64,000 nucleotides of DNA from assembly GCA_964536865.1 (NCBI GenBank), contig CAZHYN010000006.1, positions 6,674 to 70,673 on the forward strand. The letters are read 5' to 3'. This DNA is from an uncultured Planctomycetia bacterium (GTDB lineage: Bacteria; Omnitrophota; Gorgyraeia; Duberdicusellales; 4484-171). Shown one piece after another: positions 48,105 through 58,424 of the stretch (position 1 is its first letter; the number at the start of each line of letters is the position of its first letter). Below the pieces are notes generated by a model. That model ran no database searches, was not told the DNA's origin, and worked only from the letters and a program-made list of their open reading frames with translations. The position numbers and the translations under genes were made by a program.

Positions 48105-48681
48105 AATCTTTAAGGAAGGTTTGTGGACAAATCACCCTATATTTAGACAGCTTTTGGGTATGTGTCCTACTTTAGCTGTCACTACTACTGTTTTAAATGG
48201 AATATCTATGGGATTAGCAGTAATCTTTGTACTTTTCTTTTCTTCGTTGGTAGTTTCTCTATTAAGAAAGGTGGTGCCTCATCAAGTTAGAATTGCTGTT
48301 TATACTATAATTATTGCTACTTTTGTTACTATAGTAGATATATTTTTAAAAGCAAATTTTCCCCAGATAAGTAAAGCTTTAGGACCTTATGTACCTCTAA
48401 TTATCGTCAACTGCATTATCCTGGGAAGGTGTGAAGCATTCGCTTCTAAAAATAGATTAAGTTTAGCTCTTCTGGATGCTTTGGTGATGGGGGGAGGCTT
48501 TTTTTGGGGTTTAGTTACTTTAGCCTCAGTTAGAGAAATTTTAGGTCAGGGTACTATTCTGGGATATAAGATTTTACCCCCTAGTTTTAATCCCTTAATA
48601 GTTATGGTTCTTCCCCCAGGAGCATTTTTGGTATTAGGTACTCTGGTAGCAATCATGAATAGATTAGAAAGAATAAAATGA
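48085..48681 (+). CDS. rnfE: Rnf complex subunit E
   Basis: NqrD/RnfE-like membrane protein. Confidence 0.85.
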   Translation: MKKMIGRIFKEGLWTNHPIFRQLLGMCPTLAVTTTVLNGISMGLAVIFVLFFSSLVVSLLRKVVPHQVRIAVYTIIIATFVTIVDIFLKANFPQISKALGPYVPLIIVNCIILGRCEAFASKNRLSLALLDALVMGGGFFWGLVTLASVREILGQGTILGYKILPPSFNPLIVMVLPPGAFLVLGTLVAIMNRLERIK

Positions 48682-49259
48682 AAGAATTAGTTTTAATATT
48701 TATTTCTACAGTCCTTATTAACAATTTTGTCTTGACCTACTTTTTAGGAATCTGTCCATTCTTAGGTGTTTCTGGTAGGCTTTCCTCAGCTATAGGAATG
48801 GGATTTAGTGTTATTTTTGTAATGACTTTTGCTTCTAGTATAGTATGGTTAATATATCATCTTATTCTAGTGAAACTTAATTTAGTATTTTTAGAGTATA
48901 TAGTCTTTATCCTGGTCATTGCTAGCCTAGTTCAAATAGTAGAGATGTTTGTAAGGAAGTATTCCCCCTCGCTTTATCAGGCTTTAGGAATTTATTTACC
49001 TTTAATTACTACTAATTGTGCTATTTTAGGATGTGCTCTCTTTATGGTAGCAAGAAATTATAATTTTTTAGAAGCGGTTGTTTATGGATTTTCTGCAGGA
49101 TTAGGATTTACTGTGGTTCTTTTGGTTATGGCAGGGATAAGGGAGGATCTTAACTATTGTGAGGTTCCTAAAGTATTTAGGGGAGCACCTATTACTCTTA
49201 TTACCGCAGGGCTGCTAGCTTTATGTTTTATGGGATTTTCAGGGCTTATAAGAGCTTAA
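48678..49259 (+). CDS. rnfA: Rnf complex subunit A
   Basis: NqrE/RnfA-like membrane protein. Confidence 0.85.
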   Translation: MKELVLIFISTVLINNFVLTYFLGICPFLGVSGRLSSAIGMGFSVIFVMTFASSIVWLIYHLILVKLNLVFLEYIVFILVIASLVQIVEMFVRKYSPSLYQALGIYLPLITTNCAILGCALFMVARNYNFLEAVVYGFSAGLGFTVVLLVMAGIREDLNYCEVPKVFRGAPITLITAGLLALCFMGFSGLIRA

Positions 49260-49262
49260 GTT

Positions 49263-50069
49263 ATGAATGAGATAATAATTAAAGGCTTAGCAGTAATGGG
49301 AGGATTAGGATTAGCTTTTTCTGTTACTTTAGCCTATCTTAGTCATCGCCTGAAAGTAGAAAGCAATCCTTTGGTAGAGAAAGTATTAGACATCCTTCCA
49401 GGTATAAATTGTGGAGCATGTGGGTTTTCCAGCTGTCGAAATTTTGCCGAAGCAATAGTAGCAGAGAGAAAACCTTTTACTTGTATTCCTGGGGGAGAAG
49501 ATGTAAATAGAAAAGTGAGTCAACTTTTAGGTATTCAAAGCCAAGAAGTTAAGAGAGTAAAGGCAGTAGTTCATTGTGGAGCAACTAAAGATGAGAAAAA
49601 AGTAAGTTCATTCTATGTCGGTCCTACCAGTTGTGCTTTTGTTGATATAACATTAGGAGGCTTAGATTGCAAATACGGATGTATTGGTTTAGGAGACTGT
49701 GTAAGTGTGTGTCCTGCAGGAGCAATTAGTATTAAGAGAGGAAAAGTGGTTATAGATATCAAAAAGTGTATTGGCTGTGGCAGGTGTGCTAAGGTATGCC
49801 CTCGTAATCTTTTTGAGTTAGTTCCTTGGCAGGGAGAATCGAAAATTTACTTTGTTGCTTGTAATAACGAGGAAAAAGTAGGCTACGTAAAAACTGTATG
49901 TGAGAGAGGTTGTATTGGTTGTGGGATATGTGTTAGGATAAAAGATTCCCCCTTTTATTTACAGAATAATCTTTCTCATATAAATTATCAACAAATTTTC
50001 AATCAAGAGATATTAGAAGAAGCAAAAAATAAATGTCCCACTAAGTGTATTCAGGAGTTAGATGCTTAA
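49263..50069 (+). CDS. rnfB: Rnf complex subunit B (polyferredoxin)
   Basis: N-terminal membrane anchor and multiple CxxCxxCxxxCP ferredoxin motifs. Confidence 0.8.
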   Translation: MNEIIIKGLAVMGGLGLAFSVTLAYLSHRLKVESNPLVEKVLDILPGINCGACGFSSCRNFAEAIVAERKPFTCIPGGEDVNRKVSQLLGIQSQEVKRVKAVVHCGATKDEKKVSSFYVGPTSCAFVDITLGGLDCKYGCIGLGDCVSVCPAGAISIKRGKVVIDIKKCIGCGRCAKVCPRNLFELVPWQGESKIYFVACNNEEKVGYVKTVCERGCIGCGICVRIKDSPFYLQNNLSHINYQQIFNQEILEEAKNKCPTKCIQELDA

Positions 50070-50460
50070 CCGAGAAGTAGCTCAAATAGTAAAGATAGAT
50101 ACCAATAAGATTAAAATAAGATTTACAAAAAAATCTATGTGTAGTCATTGTCGTTTGAATTTCCTTTCTTCTTGCGGAGAAAATACTCTGATTTTATCTT
50201 GTCCTGATAAGCTCTTCTTAAGGGTAGGAGATAAGATAGAAGTAGGAGTGGAGGAGGAAAAGTTTTTGTTTGCCAGCTTAGTTTTGTTTTTTCTCCCTAC
50301 TTTAGTTTTTATCTTCTCTCTGATGGTACTTAGGTATCAACACGCAGTAATATCTTTTCTGGGAAGCCTGTTTTTTCTAGGACTATACTATGTTGTATTA
50401 AAGTTAATTCTAAAAAAATTAAAGCTTAATCTAAGTGTTAAGATTCTAAGGAAACTATGA
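50062..50460 (+). CDS. RseC/MucC-like small membrane protein (SoxR-reducing-system-associated)
   Basis: Cys-containing N-terminus (CSHC...C) plus two TM helices. It is encoded immediately after rnfB, as in rsx/rnf operons. Confidence 0.5.
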   Translation: MLNREVAQIVKIDTNKIKIRFTKKSMCSHCRLNFLSSCGENTLILSCPDKLFLRVGDKIEVGVEEEKFLFASLVLFFLPTLVFIFSLMVLRYQHAVISFLGSLFFLGLYYVVLKLILKKLKLNLSVKILRKL

Positions 50461-51062
50461 TGAATATAGCTATTTTAGCCTCAGGAAGGGGAAGTAATTT
50501 CCAAGCAATAGTTAGAGCAGTAAAAAGAAAAAAACTTAAAGGAGCAAAAGTTAAACTTCTTATAACTGATAAGGAAGATGCTTACGTAAGAATAAGAGCC
50601 AAAAGGTTAGGTGTGAAAGATATCTTTGTGGATCCTAAGAAGTTTAAAACACGCCAGGATTTTGACAGAGAAATAGTAAAGATTCTAAATAAAGAAAGAA
50701 TCGAATTGGTAGTTTTAGCAGGGTTTATGAGGATTTTAACACCTTCCTTTGTAAGGAAATTTAAAAATAGAGTATTGAATATCCACCCCGCATTACTCCC
50801 TGCTTTTAAGGGCACAGATGCTATACAGCGTGCTTACAATTACGGTGTAAAGGTTACAGGAGTTACTATTCACTTTGTTGATGAGAAAGTCGATCACGGT
50901 CCAATAGTTATGCAGAAAGCTCTAGAGATAAAAGAAGGAGAGAGTTTAGAGGAGTTGGAGGAGAGAATCCATCGTTTGGAGCATAAGATGTATCCAGAGG
51001 TTATTTCTCTTTTTATTAAGGGCAAGCTAAAAATAAGGGGTAGGCATGTTAAGATTATTTAA
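50457..51062 (+). CDS. purN: Phosphoribosylglycinamide formyltransferase
   Basis: IAILASGRGSNFQAI N-terminus and a formyltransferase core. Confidence 0.85.
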   Translation: MMNIAILASGRGSNFQAIVRAVKRKKLKGAKVKLLITDKEDAYVRIRAKRLGVKDIFVDPKKFKTRQDFDREIVKILNKERIELVVLAGFMRILTPSFVRKFKNRVLNIHPALLPAFKGTDAIQRAYNYGVKVTGVTIHFVDEKVDHGPIVMQKALEIKEGESLEELEERIHRLEHKMYPEVISLFIKGKLKIRGRHVKII

Positions 51063-51471
51063 TTTACTTTTAGTGTCAAATTTAATTTTTGGATGTGCCT
51101 TTTCCAAAGCAATAGTTAAGGCGAAGTTAAGTAGAAATGAGGTTCGTACAGGAGAAAGTTTCACCTATGTAGTAAAAATCGAAGGAGATTTTTCTTCTCC
51201 TCGTTTAGAATTGCCAGATTTCGGTGAACTAAAAATAGTTTCTCAAAGTCAAACGAGAAATTACCTATTTAAGGGGGGAAAGATAATTTTGAGGATTAAG
51301 TTAACTTATCAGCTCCTTGCACCTCGTCCAGGAAGGTATACTATAAAAGGTGTGAAAGTGATAGATAAGGGAAAAGTTTATGAATCGAGGGAGTTAGTTG
51401 TAAAGGCGGTAGGTAAACCTCTTAAGAAGAGGAAATTTAAAGATTTTATAGAGGGAGCAGTTAGTATTTAA
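51046..51471 (+). CDS. Hypothetical secreted/lipoprotein
   Basis: Signal peptide with a Cys (LIFGCAF). ORF evidence only. Confidence 0.4.
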   Translation: MLRLFNLLLVSNLIFGCAFSKAIVKAKLSRNEVRTGESFTYVVKIEGDFSSPRLELPDFGELKIVSQSQTRNYLFKGGKIILRIKLTYQLLAPRPGRYTIKGVKVIDKGKVYESRELVVKAVGKPLKKRKFKDFIEGAVSI

Positions 51472-51484
51472 GCTGGGAGGAGGT

Positions 51485-52756
51485 ATGGCTAAGATAAAAA
51501 GAGTATATGCAAGAGAAATTTTAGACTCTCGGGGCAACCCTACTGTTGAAGTAGAGGTAGTTTTGGATGATGGGAGTTTAGGAGTAGCAGCAGTACCCAG
51601 TGGAGCTTCCAAAGGAGAGCGAGAAGCTTTGGAGTTGAGAGATAATGAGAAGAAGAGATATTTAGGAAAGGGAGTTAAGAAGGCAGTAGATAATGTGAAT
51701 CAAATAATTGCTAAAAAGCTAAAAAGAGAGGAAGCAGACTTTGTTAGGATAGATAAAATTCTTATTGATTTAGATGGGACGAAAAATAAGTCTCATCTGG
51801 GAGCAAATGCCATTTTGGGGGTTTCCTTAGCAGTAGCTAAAGCTTCTGCTGCATCAAAGAGAAAATCTTTATATGAGTTTTTGAATAGAAAAGCGAATTT
51901 GTTACCCGTACCTTTTATGAATATTTTAAATGGAGGAGTTCATGCTGATAATAATTTAGATATTCAAGAGTTTATGATTGTTCCTTTAGGATTTTCTACA
52001 TTCAGAAGGGCTTTACAGGCAGGTTCTGAGGTTTTTCATACTTTGAAAAAAATTTTGAAGGCAAAAGGACTTTCAGTAAGTGTAGGAGATGAAGGTGGGT
52101 TTGCTCCCAACTTAAAGCATAACGAAGAAGCATTAAAATTAATCCTCTTAGCGATAGAGAAGGCAGGGTATAGACCTTTAAAAGAAGTAGCATTAGCTTT
52201 AGATGTTGCTAGTAGTTCCTTTTTTAAAGGGGACAGATATTTTTTTGAAGAGAAGTTTAGAGACTCTGATTATTTAATTGATTTTTATTCCCGCTTGGTA
52301 AAAAAATACCCTATAGTTAGCATAGAAGATGGTCAAGCGGAGAATGACTGGGAAGGTTGGAAAAAACTTACTGCCCGGTTGGGAGGAAAAATACAGATAG
52401 TAGGAGATGATATCTTTGTTACCAATAAAGAATTCTTATTGCGGGGGATAAAAGAAAAAGTAGCAAATTCTATTCTTGTAAAAGTAAATCAGATAGGTAC
52501 ACTTTCTGAAACTTTGGAAACAACAAAATTAGCGTTAGTTAACAATTACACAGCGATAATTTCTCACCGCTCAGGAGAAACTGAGGATACAACTATAGCC
52601 CACCTGGCAGTAGCTACGGGTTGTGGGCAAATTAAGACAGGGAGTGTGTCTCGAACCGATAGAGTAGCAAAATATAATGAACTCTTAAGAATTGAAGAGA
52701 AGTTGGGCAAAAAGGGAATATATGCGGGTAAAATTATTCAACGTAGATTCGTTTAA
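51485..52756 (+). CDS. eno: Enolase
   Basis: [15 protein letters not shown]-terminus and the enolase signature. An RBS GGGAGGAGG lies upstream. Confidence 0.9.
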   Translation: MAKIKRVYAREILDSRGNPTVEVEVVLDDGSLGVAAVPSGASKGEREALELRDNEKKRYLGKGVKKAVDNVNQIIAKKLKREEADFVRIDKILIDLDGTKNKSHLGANAILGVSLAVAKASAASKRKSLYEFLNRKANLLPVPFMNILNGGVHADNNLDIQEFMIVPLGFSTFRRALQAGSEVFHTLKKILKAKGLSVSVGDEGGFAPNLKHNEEALKLILLAIEKAGYRPLKEVALALDVASSSFFKGDRYFFEEKFRDSDYLIDFYSRLVKKYPIVSIEDGQAENDWEGWKKLTARLGGKIQIVGDDIFVTNKEFLLRGIKEKVANSILVKVNQIGTLSETLETTKLALVNNYTAIISHRSGETEDTTIAHLAVATGCGQIKTGSVSRTDRVAKYNELLRIEEKLGKKGIYAGKIIQRRFV

Positions 52757-53018
52757 ACTCTGGAGACTCATTATTGGTTTTATCATTCTCTTAATAGGAG
52801 TTGGGATTGTATATTTACCTTCCTATTTGCGTCTTAGGAGATTAAGAAAAGAGAATCAAAGGGTTATAGAAAAGATTGCTCATTTAAAGAAGGAGATAAA
52901 GACCTTAGAGACCGATGTAGAGAAACTTCAAAGTGAGTCATCTCTTTGGGAGAAGTTAGTACGGGAAAAATTAGGGGTAGCGAAAAAAGACGAAATAGTT
53001 ATTGACATTAAGGATTAG
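52692..53018 (+). CDS. ftsB: FtsB/DivIC-like septum formation initiator
   Basis: TM helix plus coiled coil, with the classic position downstream of eno. The start is probably internal. Confidence 0.5.
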   Translation: MKRSWAKREYMRVKLFNVDSFKLWRLIIGFIILLIGVGIVYLPSYLRLRRLRKENQRVIEKIAHLKKEIKTLETDVEKLQSESSLWEKLVREKLGVAKKDEIVIDIKD

Positions 53019-53049
53019 ATTGGTAAAATTAAATCCGCATTTGTAATCA

Positions 53050-53126
<77 letters not shown>

Positions 53127-53243
53127 CCCGCAACCATTTCTATTAATCTTAATCTATGTTATGTAATCTTTATCTCGCTTACTATGCAAAAGCAATTTTG
53201 GATGCAATAAATAAAAGACTCCGCCTCTGGCGGAGATTGCATA

Positions 53244-53264
53244 CAAATCGGCCCCCCGCAACCA
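53244..53264 (+). repeat. 21-nt perfect copy of the tRNA-fMet 3' end (T-loop C56 through CCA), preceded by a 7-bp hairpin
   Basis: caaatcggccccccgcaacca is identical to 53106-53126. ctccgcc-tct-ggcggag (53221-53237) abuts it upstream. It lies 138 bp from the original. Confidence 0.85.
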
Positions 53265-53361
53265 TCTAAATTTCTACCCGAGCTTTAAGAGATACTACTT
53301 TTATATTATAGGCGAGCGTAATTTTGATGTGATAAATATGTGAACGTTTCAACTTAGGGAA

Positions 53362-53378
53362 GGTTGCACACAAATCAC
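53362..53378 (+). repeat. Degenerate third copy of the junction unit (ttgcaCacaaatc), lacking the tRNA-derived part
   Basis: Shares ttgca[t/c]acaaatc with the junction at 53236-53249. It lies 128 bp downstream of copy 2. Confidence 0.3.
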
Positions 53379-53494
53379 TTATCTATAACTCCTCCTTAAT
53401 ATTTTTTTTATCTTGTTGATATTTTTTAGTTAAGTTAAAGAGAGAGTAAAAAAATATTGCTTTTAATAAAGGATTTTGTTAAAATTTAAACTAA

Positions 53495-56179
53495 ATGAGA
53501 ATTTTTTGCTTTTTTTTAATTCTTTTGCTTTTATTTGTACCCTTAGGGGCAAAAGCTTCTTTAGGAAGTAAATACTGTGTAGAATTAGGAAGGAATTATT
53601 TAAAGAAAGGAGATATATATCAAGCAGAGATAGAATTTAGAAAAGCCCTTCTTATAAATCCTTCTGAAGAAGAAGCAAAGAAATTTTTAGAAGAGATAAG
53701 AAGAGAAAAGATTAAAAAAACTCTGGATTTTTACTCTAAAGGCAAAGTTTCCCCAAAAGTGGTTTCTCCTCCGCCAAAAGAGAGTTTTTCCCCTGAGCCT
53801 TCTCCTCCTAAGAAAGAGACTAAAAGTGAATGGAAATTAGAGGGAGTATATCAGACAGGATTTGGAATAACTAATGATAGCTTCATCTGGAAAAGGGCTA
53901 ACTGGGATTTGAACGAGGAAGATTGGCGAATTATCTCGAGTAAAGCTTACGATAATAGAGCAAATACTTTCGACCCAGCGATATTTACTCAAGTTAGGTT
54001 TCAATTAGATTCTCCTTCTCTAGAGGGGTGGAAATTCCATACTAATATTGATGTTAGTCCTTGGAGTTTTGTGGGTAAAAGCAACAAAGTTACTATAGAA
54101 GGAATTGATACTGGGACAGGTTTAGTTAGCGATAGAGTAGAGATTCAGTTAAAATACTGGGCAAATACAGGTTATACCGTAAATGAAACTTACTATACTC
54201 TAGAAGATGGAGCGCCTCTAGGATTACCGGAAATAAAAGTTGTGAGAGGGAGAACTCTTCCTATGGAGATTTCTGGTATAGATTGGGGAGGCGATGGCAT
54301 TCCTGACTATACTTATAATCTTCCTGAGTTAGATATTCACCGAAGATTCTGGCCGTTAAGGGAGCTTTGGTTTGATTACAATTCGTATAATTTCAATTTT
54401 CGTCTCTTCCCTGTAGCTTTACAAAACCAGGCTTATACCTCTGACGATATATTAGGACTCTCCAATCATATTATTTGGTGGGAGGAATCTCCTTGGTTAG
54501 ATATTTGGCAACCTGGACATGTAGATACAGGGACAGAACCTTTGGATTTCTTTAAAGGTTACTGGGATGATTCTTTAACTTGGCTTGCTAGAGATTCGCA
54601 AGGAGTTCGTCTTACCAATTTAAGAGGTTTTTCTTTCTCTTGGAACCAAGATAGTACCAGCTGGGATTTTACTTTCGCTTCTCCCAAAACATTATGGCAG
54701 GATTATGATGAGTTTAATACCTATGTAAGTGCTTTGAGAGGTAAGTATTTTCTCAATGATAACTTTTGGATAGGAGGAATTTATACTTGTAAATTAGGTT
54801 ATAATAAGGGTAGTCGAGATGCTACTAACCAGGCTGTAGGAGTAGACCTTACTTATGGAGTTTCCAGTAATACCAAGGTGAGTTTAGAACTAGCTACTTC
54901 AAAATCTGTAAAAGACAAAATCTCTTCTTACAAGAGTGACTATCGAGGTAATGCGGTAAAGTTTAGCATCATTAGTTCGTCTGAAAGTGATATTTTTGAT
55001 ACTGACTATTTTGGGATAAATCCCCCTAAAGATTCTGAAGCTCCCTTCTATAAGTTAAGGATAGAACTTACCCATATGGACGAGGGATTTGAGGCAGGTT
55101 TGTCCAGTTTCAGAGAAACCAGGGATGATATGTTCTGGTCACGACACCTCCATTTTAGAGAACCATTCAGATATTACTATGCTGGGTTATACGAACCTAC
55201 ATTAACTTGGGATGACATAAGACCTTTCAGGATAGGAGATGGTATTGATTACGGAAGGGATGTGATAGGTTTAAGGATAGAAGGAGTTAACTTTCTAAAA
55301 GGAAAATGCGATTGGTTGTTTGATATAAGGAATATTCATTACACTAACGGTAAATATTTAGAAACGGTATCTCGCTTAGAGTCTACCTATAGAGCTACTT
55401 CTAAATTAACGACTAAATTTTTAGGGATATACCATCATAAACCTCATACTGTGGGAGGTATCGATCCTTTTGTTTTTGATGTAGATACTGATATTTTTTA
55501 TCTTAATAGGATTATTGAGGATGGGAAAGACCCATCTTTAAAGACAGTCTCCTTAGGGGCAGAGTATAAACTTTCTCCTGAGATAAAACTCTACGGAATA
55601 TGGGAACACACAAATGATTCTACAGTAGCTTACGATAACTTTCCTAGGTCTATCTTAAGAGATTCTAGTATGACTTCCTACTTAGAAGAGGGAACTCGAT
55701 ATCGAAGAACATCACCTTTTCTTTACAGTCAAGAAAATTTTCCTCAACCCCCTTATCCCTATTTTAATATATTTAAAGCAGGATTAAGTTTTATGGTGAA
55801 TGATAAAACTAGCATAGGACTTGATTGGACACACAATGACTATAAGTATGCTGGTCAGATAGATGATAATATAAACCATATTGGATTTGAATTAGAATAC
55901 CTTCCTTGGGAAAAACTCTCTTTTTACTTCAAGTACGTTTACTCTAAATGGAATGATGTAAACAGACTTATAAGTGGGGAAGCTGAGCTTTGTCGGGGTC
56001 ATCATAATTTCTTTACCGAATTACGGTATAGAGCAACTTCTAATGATGAATTTCTCTTTCAATATGGAGTGACCTCTAGAGGATTAATAGGTGAGTTGAT
56101 TTATGATCCTTATGGAGGAACCTTAGCCGTTTTAGATACCCAGCATATTTTTAGGATGTTCTATCGGAGGAAGTTTTAA
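53495..56179 (+). CDS. Large secreted protein: signal peptide, TPR-like N-terminal segment, Pro/Ser-rich linker, large aromatic-rich C-terminal domain ending in F (probable outer-membrane beta-barrel)
   Basis: Only ORF-level and compositional evidence. The C-terminal ...FYRRKF is consistent with an OMP C-terminal signature. No family recognised. Confidence 0.45.
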   Translation: MRIFCFFLILLLLFVPLGAKASLGSKYCVELGRNYLKKGDIYQAEIEFRKALLINPSEEEAKKFLEEIRREKIKKTLDFYSKGKVSPKVVSPPPKESFSPEPSPPKKETKSEWKLEGVYQTGFGITNDSFIWKRANWDLNEEDWRIISSKAYDNRANTFDPAIFTQVRFQLDSPSLEGWKFHTNIDVSPWSFVGKSNKVTIEGIDTGTGLVSDRVEIQLKYWANTGYTVNETYYTLEDGAPLGLPEIKVVRGRTLPMEISGIDWGGDGIPDYTYNLPELDIHRRFWPLRELWFDYNSYNFNFRLFPVALQNQAYTSDDILGLSNHIIWWEESPWLDIWQPGHVDTGTEPLDFFKGYWDDSLTWLARDSQGVRLTNLRGFSFSWNQDSTSWDFTFASPKTLWQDYDEFNTYVSALRGKYFLNDNFWIGGIYTCKLGYNKGSRDATNQAVGVDLTYGVSSNTKVSLELATSKSVKDKISSYKSDYRGNAVKFSIISSSESDIFDTDYFGINPPKDSEAPFYKLRIELTHMDEGFEAGLSSFRETRDDMFWSRHLHFREPFRYYYAGLYEPTLTWDDIRPFRIGDGIDYGRDVIGLRIEGVNFLKGKCDWLFDIRNIHYTNGKYLETVSRLESTYRATSKLTTKFLGIYHHKPHTVGGIDPFVFDVDTDIFYLNRIIEDGKDPSLKTVSLGAEYKLSPEIKLYGIWEHTNDSTVAYDNFPRSILRDSSMTSYLEEGTRYRRTSPFLYSQENFPQPPYPYFNIFKAGLSFMVNDKTSIGLDWTHNDYKYAGQIDDNINHIGFELEYLPWEKLSFYFKYVYSKWNDVNRLISGEAELCRGHHNFFTELRYRATSNDEFLFQYGVTSRGLIGELIYDPYGGTLAVLDTQHIFRMFYRRKF

Positions 56180-57145
56180 ATGGAAAAGAAGTATGCTATT
56201 GGGATTGGTTTTAATCTTTTTGGAGGCCAAGCTCATCTTTTAAGGGAAGACGGTAAGATAATGGCTACTGCTCAGAAAAAGAGAAAGTTTGTTGATGCTA
56301 ATGAAACTATAGGAGTTTTACTTTCTCTTTTTGAAGAAATAGTTAAGAAATCTGCTAAATATAAAGATGGTATTATCGGAGTTGGTCTTGCTCTTGGAGG
56401 AATAGTGAATAAGAAAAAAGGAGTGGTATATTGGCCGCAGAAGCAAAACGATAGCTGTGTTTATATTTCTCTTCCTTTTAAGCAGTACCTGGAGGATAAG
56501 TTTAAATTACCTATATTCATTGAGAATGATGCCAATGCTTCTGCCTTTGCTGAATATAAGTTAAATTATTCAAGCTATAAAAATTTAATTTATATGTTTT
56601 CTGGCGTAGGATGTGGTATTATTATTGAGGGTAAACTTTACAGAGGAAAAGATGGAGGTGCAGGGGAGTTGTTTGTAAATCCGCAAAGAGTAATGGCTTC
56701 CTCTTTGGGAGAGTTTATCTTCCTTTCTCAATGGCCCCAGGATTTAGGAGTAGTAAAAAGAGCGAAAGAGTTGATCTCTTTGGGTAGGAATACTTCTCTA
56801 ATTAGAAGAGTAGATTCTGTAGGCAATCTATCTTTAGAAAGTATTATTGAGGAGGCGAAAGAAAAGGATAGAATTTCAAGAGAGATATTAAAAGAAGCAG
56901 CCTTCCCCTTAGGAGTTAAAATAGCTTTTCTTATAAATTTTTTAAATCCAGAGGTAGTTATCATAGGAGGAGGCTTTGAGGAAGCAGGAAATTTCTTTTT
57001 AGAAGAAATTTTAAAAACTATAAGAATTTTTTCTTTTAGTGCTTTGAGTAAAAACTTAAAAATAAGTTTCTCCTCTTTAGGGAGAAATGCGGCATCTTTA
57101 GGAGTAGCCTACTTAATTTTTGAAGAAAAAGCTTTACACTCCTAA
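56180..57145 (+). CDS. ROK-family protein (sugar kinase / NagC-like)
   Basis: ROK glycine-rich motifs (GIGFNLFGG, GCGIIIEGKLYRGKDGGAGE). Confidence 0.65.
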   Translation: MEKKYAIGIGFNLFGGQAHLLREDGKIMATAQKKRKFVDANETIGVLLSLFEEIVKKSAKYKDGIIGVGLALGGIVNKKKGVVYWPQKQNDSCVYISLPFKQYLEDKFKLPIFIENDANASAFAEYKLNYSSYKNLIYMFSGVGCGIIIEGKLYRGKDGGAGELFVNPQRVMASSLGEFIFLSQWPQDLGVVKRAKELISLGRNTSLIRRVDSVGNLSLESIIEEAKEKDRISREILKEAAFPLGVKIAFLINFLNPEVVIIGGGFEEAGNFFLEEILKTIRIFSFSALSKNLKISFSSLGRNAASLGVAYLIFEEKALHS

Positions 57146-57201
57146 GAAAAAGATGTTATAATTAAAGCTGTTATAATGAACTTAAAGAAAGGAGGGGAAT
57201 A

Positions 57202-58401
57202 ATGGGGGCAAAGAATATACCCTTGATAATTCTCCTTGTTTTGTTATTGGTAAGTGGTTTTATTGCTATGAAATTTTATTCAGAAGCACAGAGGCTTTCT
57301 GAGAAGAATAGAAGTTTAGAGGAAGATATTGCTAAGTTAGTGCAGGAGAGGGAAAGTCTTTTAGATGAAAATGCTCGACTTGATAAGCGAACTAGAGAAT
57401 TAGAGAGTAGATGGCGTGATATTCAGGAGGAGCTTTTCAGGGTAGAGAGGGAAAAAGAGTCTTTGAGAAATAAGTATGAGCTGATAAGAAAAGAAAAGGA
57501 GGTTTTAAAGAAAAAATTAGAACAGTTATCTCGAAGAGAGGTATACCCAAAAGAGAGAGTTCAACAACCACCTCAGTCTCAGTACTGGGAAGATGTGGTA
57601 AGAGAGAAGGCAGAACTTCAGGCTAAGTTAGAAAAGTTAAATAAAGAGCTTCTTGGAACTAAGGCAAGGATAAATGAATTAGAGAATGAAAATAAAGAGT
57701 TAAGTATCAAAATAGATCAACTTTCCCAAGATAAGGAACGGTTAGAGAATGAGGTAGCTTTTAAAGAAAGAACTATCCAACTTATGAGTAAAGATTTAGT
57801 GAATGAAAGAGAAACACGTCACGCTGTCTCTAAGGAATTAGCTAAGTTACGAGAAGAGAATATGGATCTTAAACAAGAGATAATTTTAGTTAGAAAAGAA
57901 CAACTTCAGGTTCAAAACAAACTTAAAGAAACTATGGAGGAAAAAGTAAAACTAGAAGAAAAGGTGTCTCAGATAGAAAAAATTCTAAAAGAGAAATCCC
58001 TAGTTTTTGAGCAATTAAAGGAGGAGTTAATTAAGGCTTTAAAAGGAGTTAGAGAAGGAGAGTCTGTAATCCAGCTTCCTCCTATTGTAGTAAAGCCTCA
58101 TGAAGAAGGTGTTTCTAAGGGAGAAGTTTCTCAGACTACGAAGACTTCTACTATCTCTGGTGTAACGGTTCCTCTTAGGGGATCTATTCTCACCGTGAAT
58201 GAGAAAGAGCGGTTTGTAGTAATTGATCTAGGACAAAGTTCAGGGGTAAGAGTAGGAAGTAAATTTGATGTATTTAGGGGTGAATCTCTGATAGGTAATA
58301 TAGAAGTTGTAGAAACAAGAGAGGAGATTTCTGCCGCCGATATTAAAAATGTAGTTAAAGGATATTCTATCAAAGAGGGCGATTTAGTAGTTTCTAAATA
58401 A
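57202..58401 (+). CDS. Membrane-anchored long coiled-coil protein with a small C-terminal beta-rich domain
   Basis: N-terminal TM helix, then roughly 250 aa of heptad-rich E/K/L sequence, then a C-terminal region VVIDLGQSSGVRVGSKFDVF...GDLVV. Confidence 0.4.
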   Translation: MGAKNIPLIILLVLLLVSGFIAMKFYSEAQRLSEKNRSLEEDIAKLVQERESLLDENARLDKRTRELESRWRDIQEELFRVEREKESLRNKYELIRKEKEVLKKKLEQLSRREVYPKERVQQPPQSQYWEDVVREKAELQAKLEKLNKELLGTKARINELENENKELSIKIDQLSQDKERLENEVAFKERTIQLMSKDLVNERETRHAVSKELAKLREENMDLKQEIILVRKEQLQVQNKLKETMEEKVKLEEKVSQIEKILKEKSLVFEQLKEELIKALKGVREGESVIQLPPIVVKPHEEGVSKGEVSQTTKTSTISGVTVPLRGSILTVNEKERFVVIDLGQSSGVRVGSKFDVFRGESLIGNIEVVETREEISAADIKNVVKGYSIKEGDLVVSK

Positions 58402-58424
58402 TGAGATAAAAAACGAAGAAATCT

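Noticed and set aside
53244-53264. Retroelement primer-binding-site idea: the minus strand of the Met repeat reads TGG + complement of the tRNA 3' end, like a retroviral PBS
   Set aside because: The Phe-locus copies lack the CCA complement. No reverse transcriptase or LTR-like structure is nearby. Bacterial retroelements do not prime from host tRNAs. It is a coincidental consequence of the CCA being genome-encoded for this tRNA.
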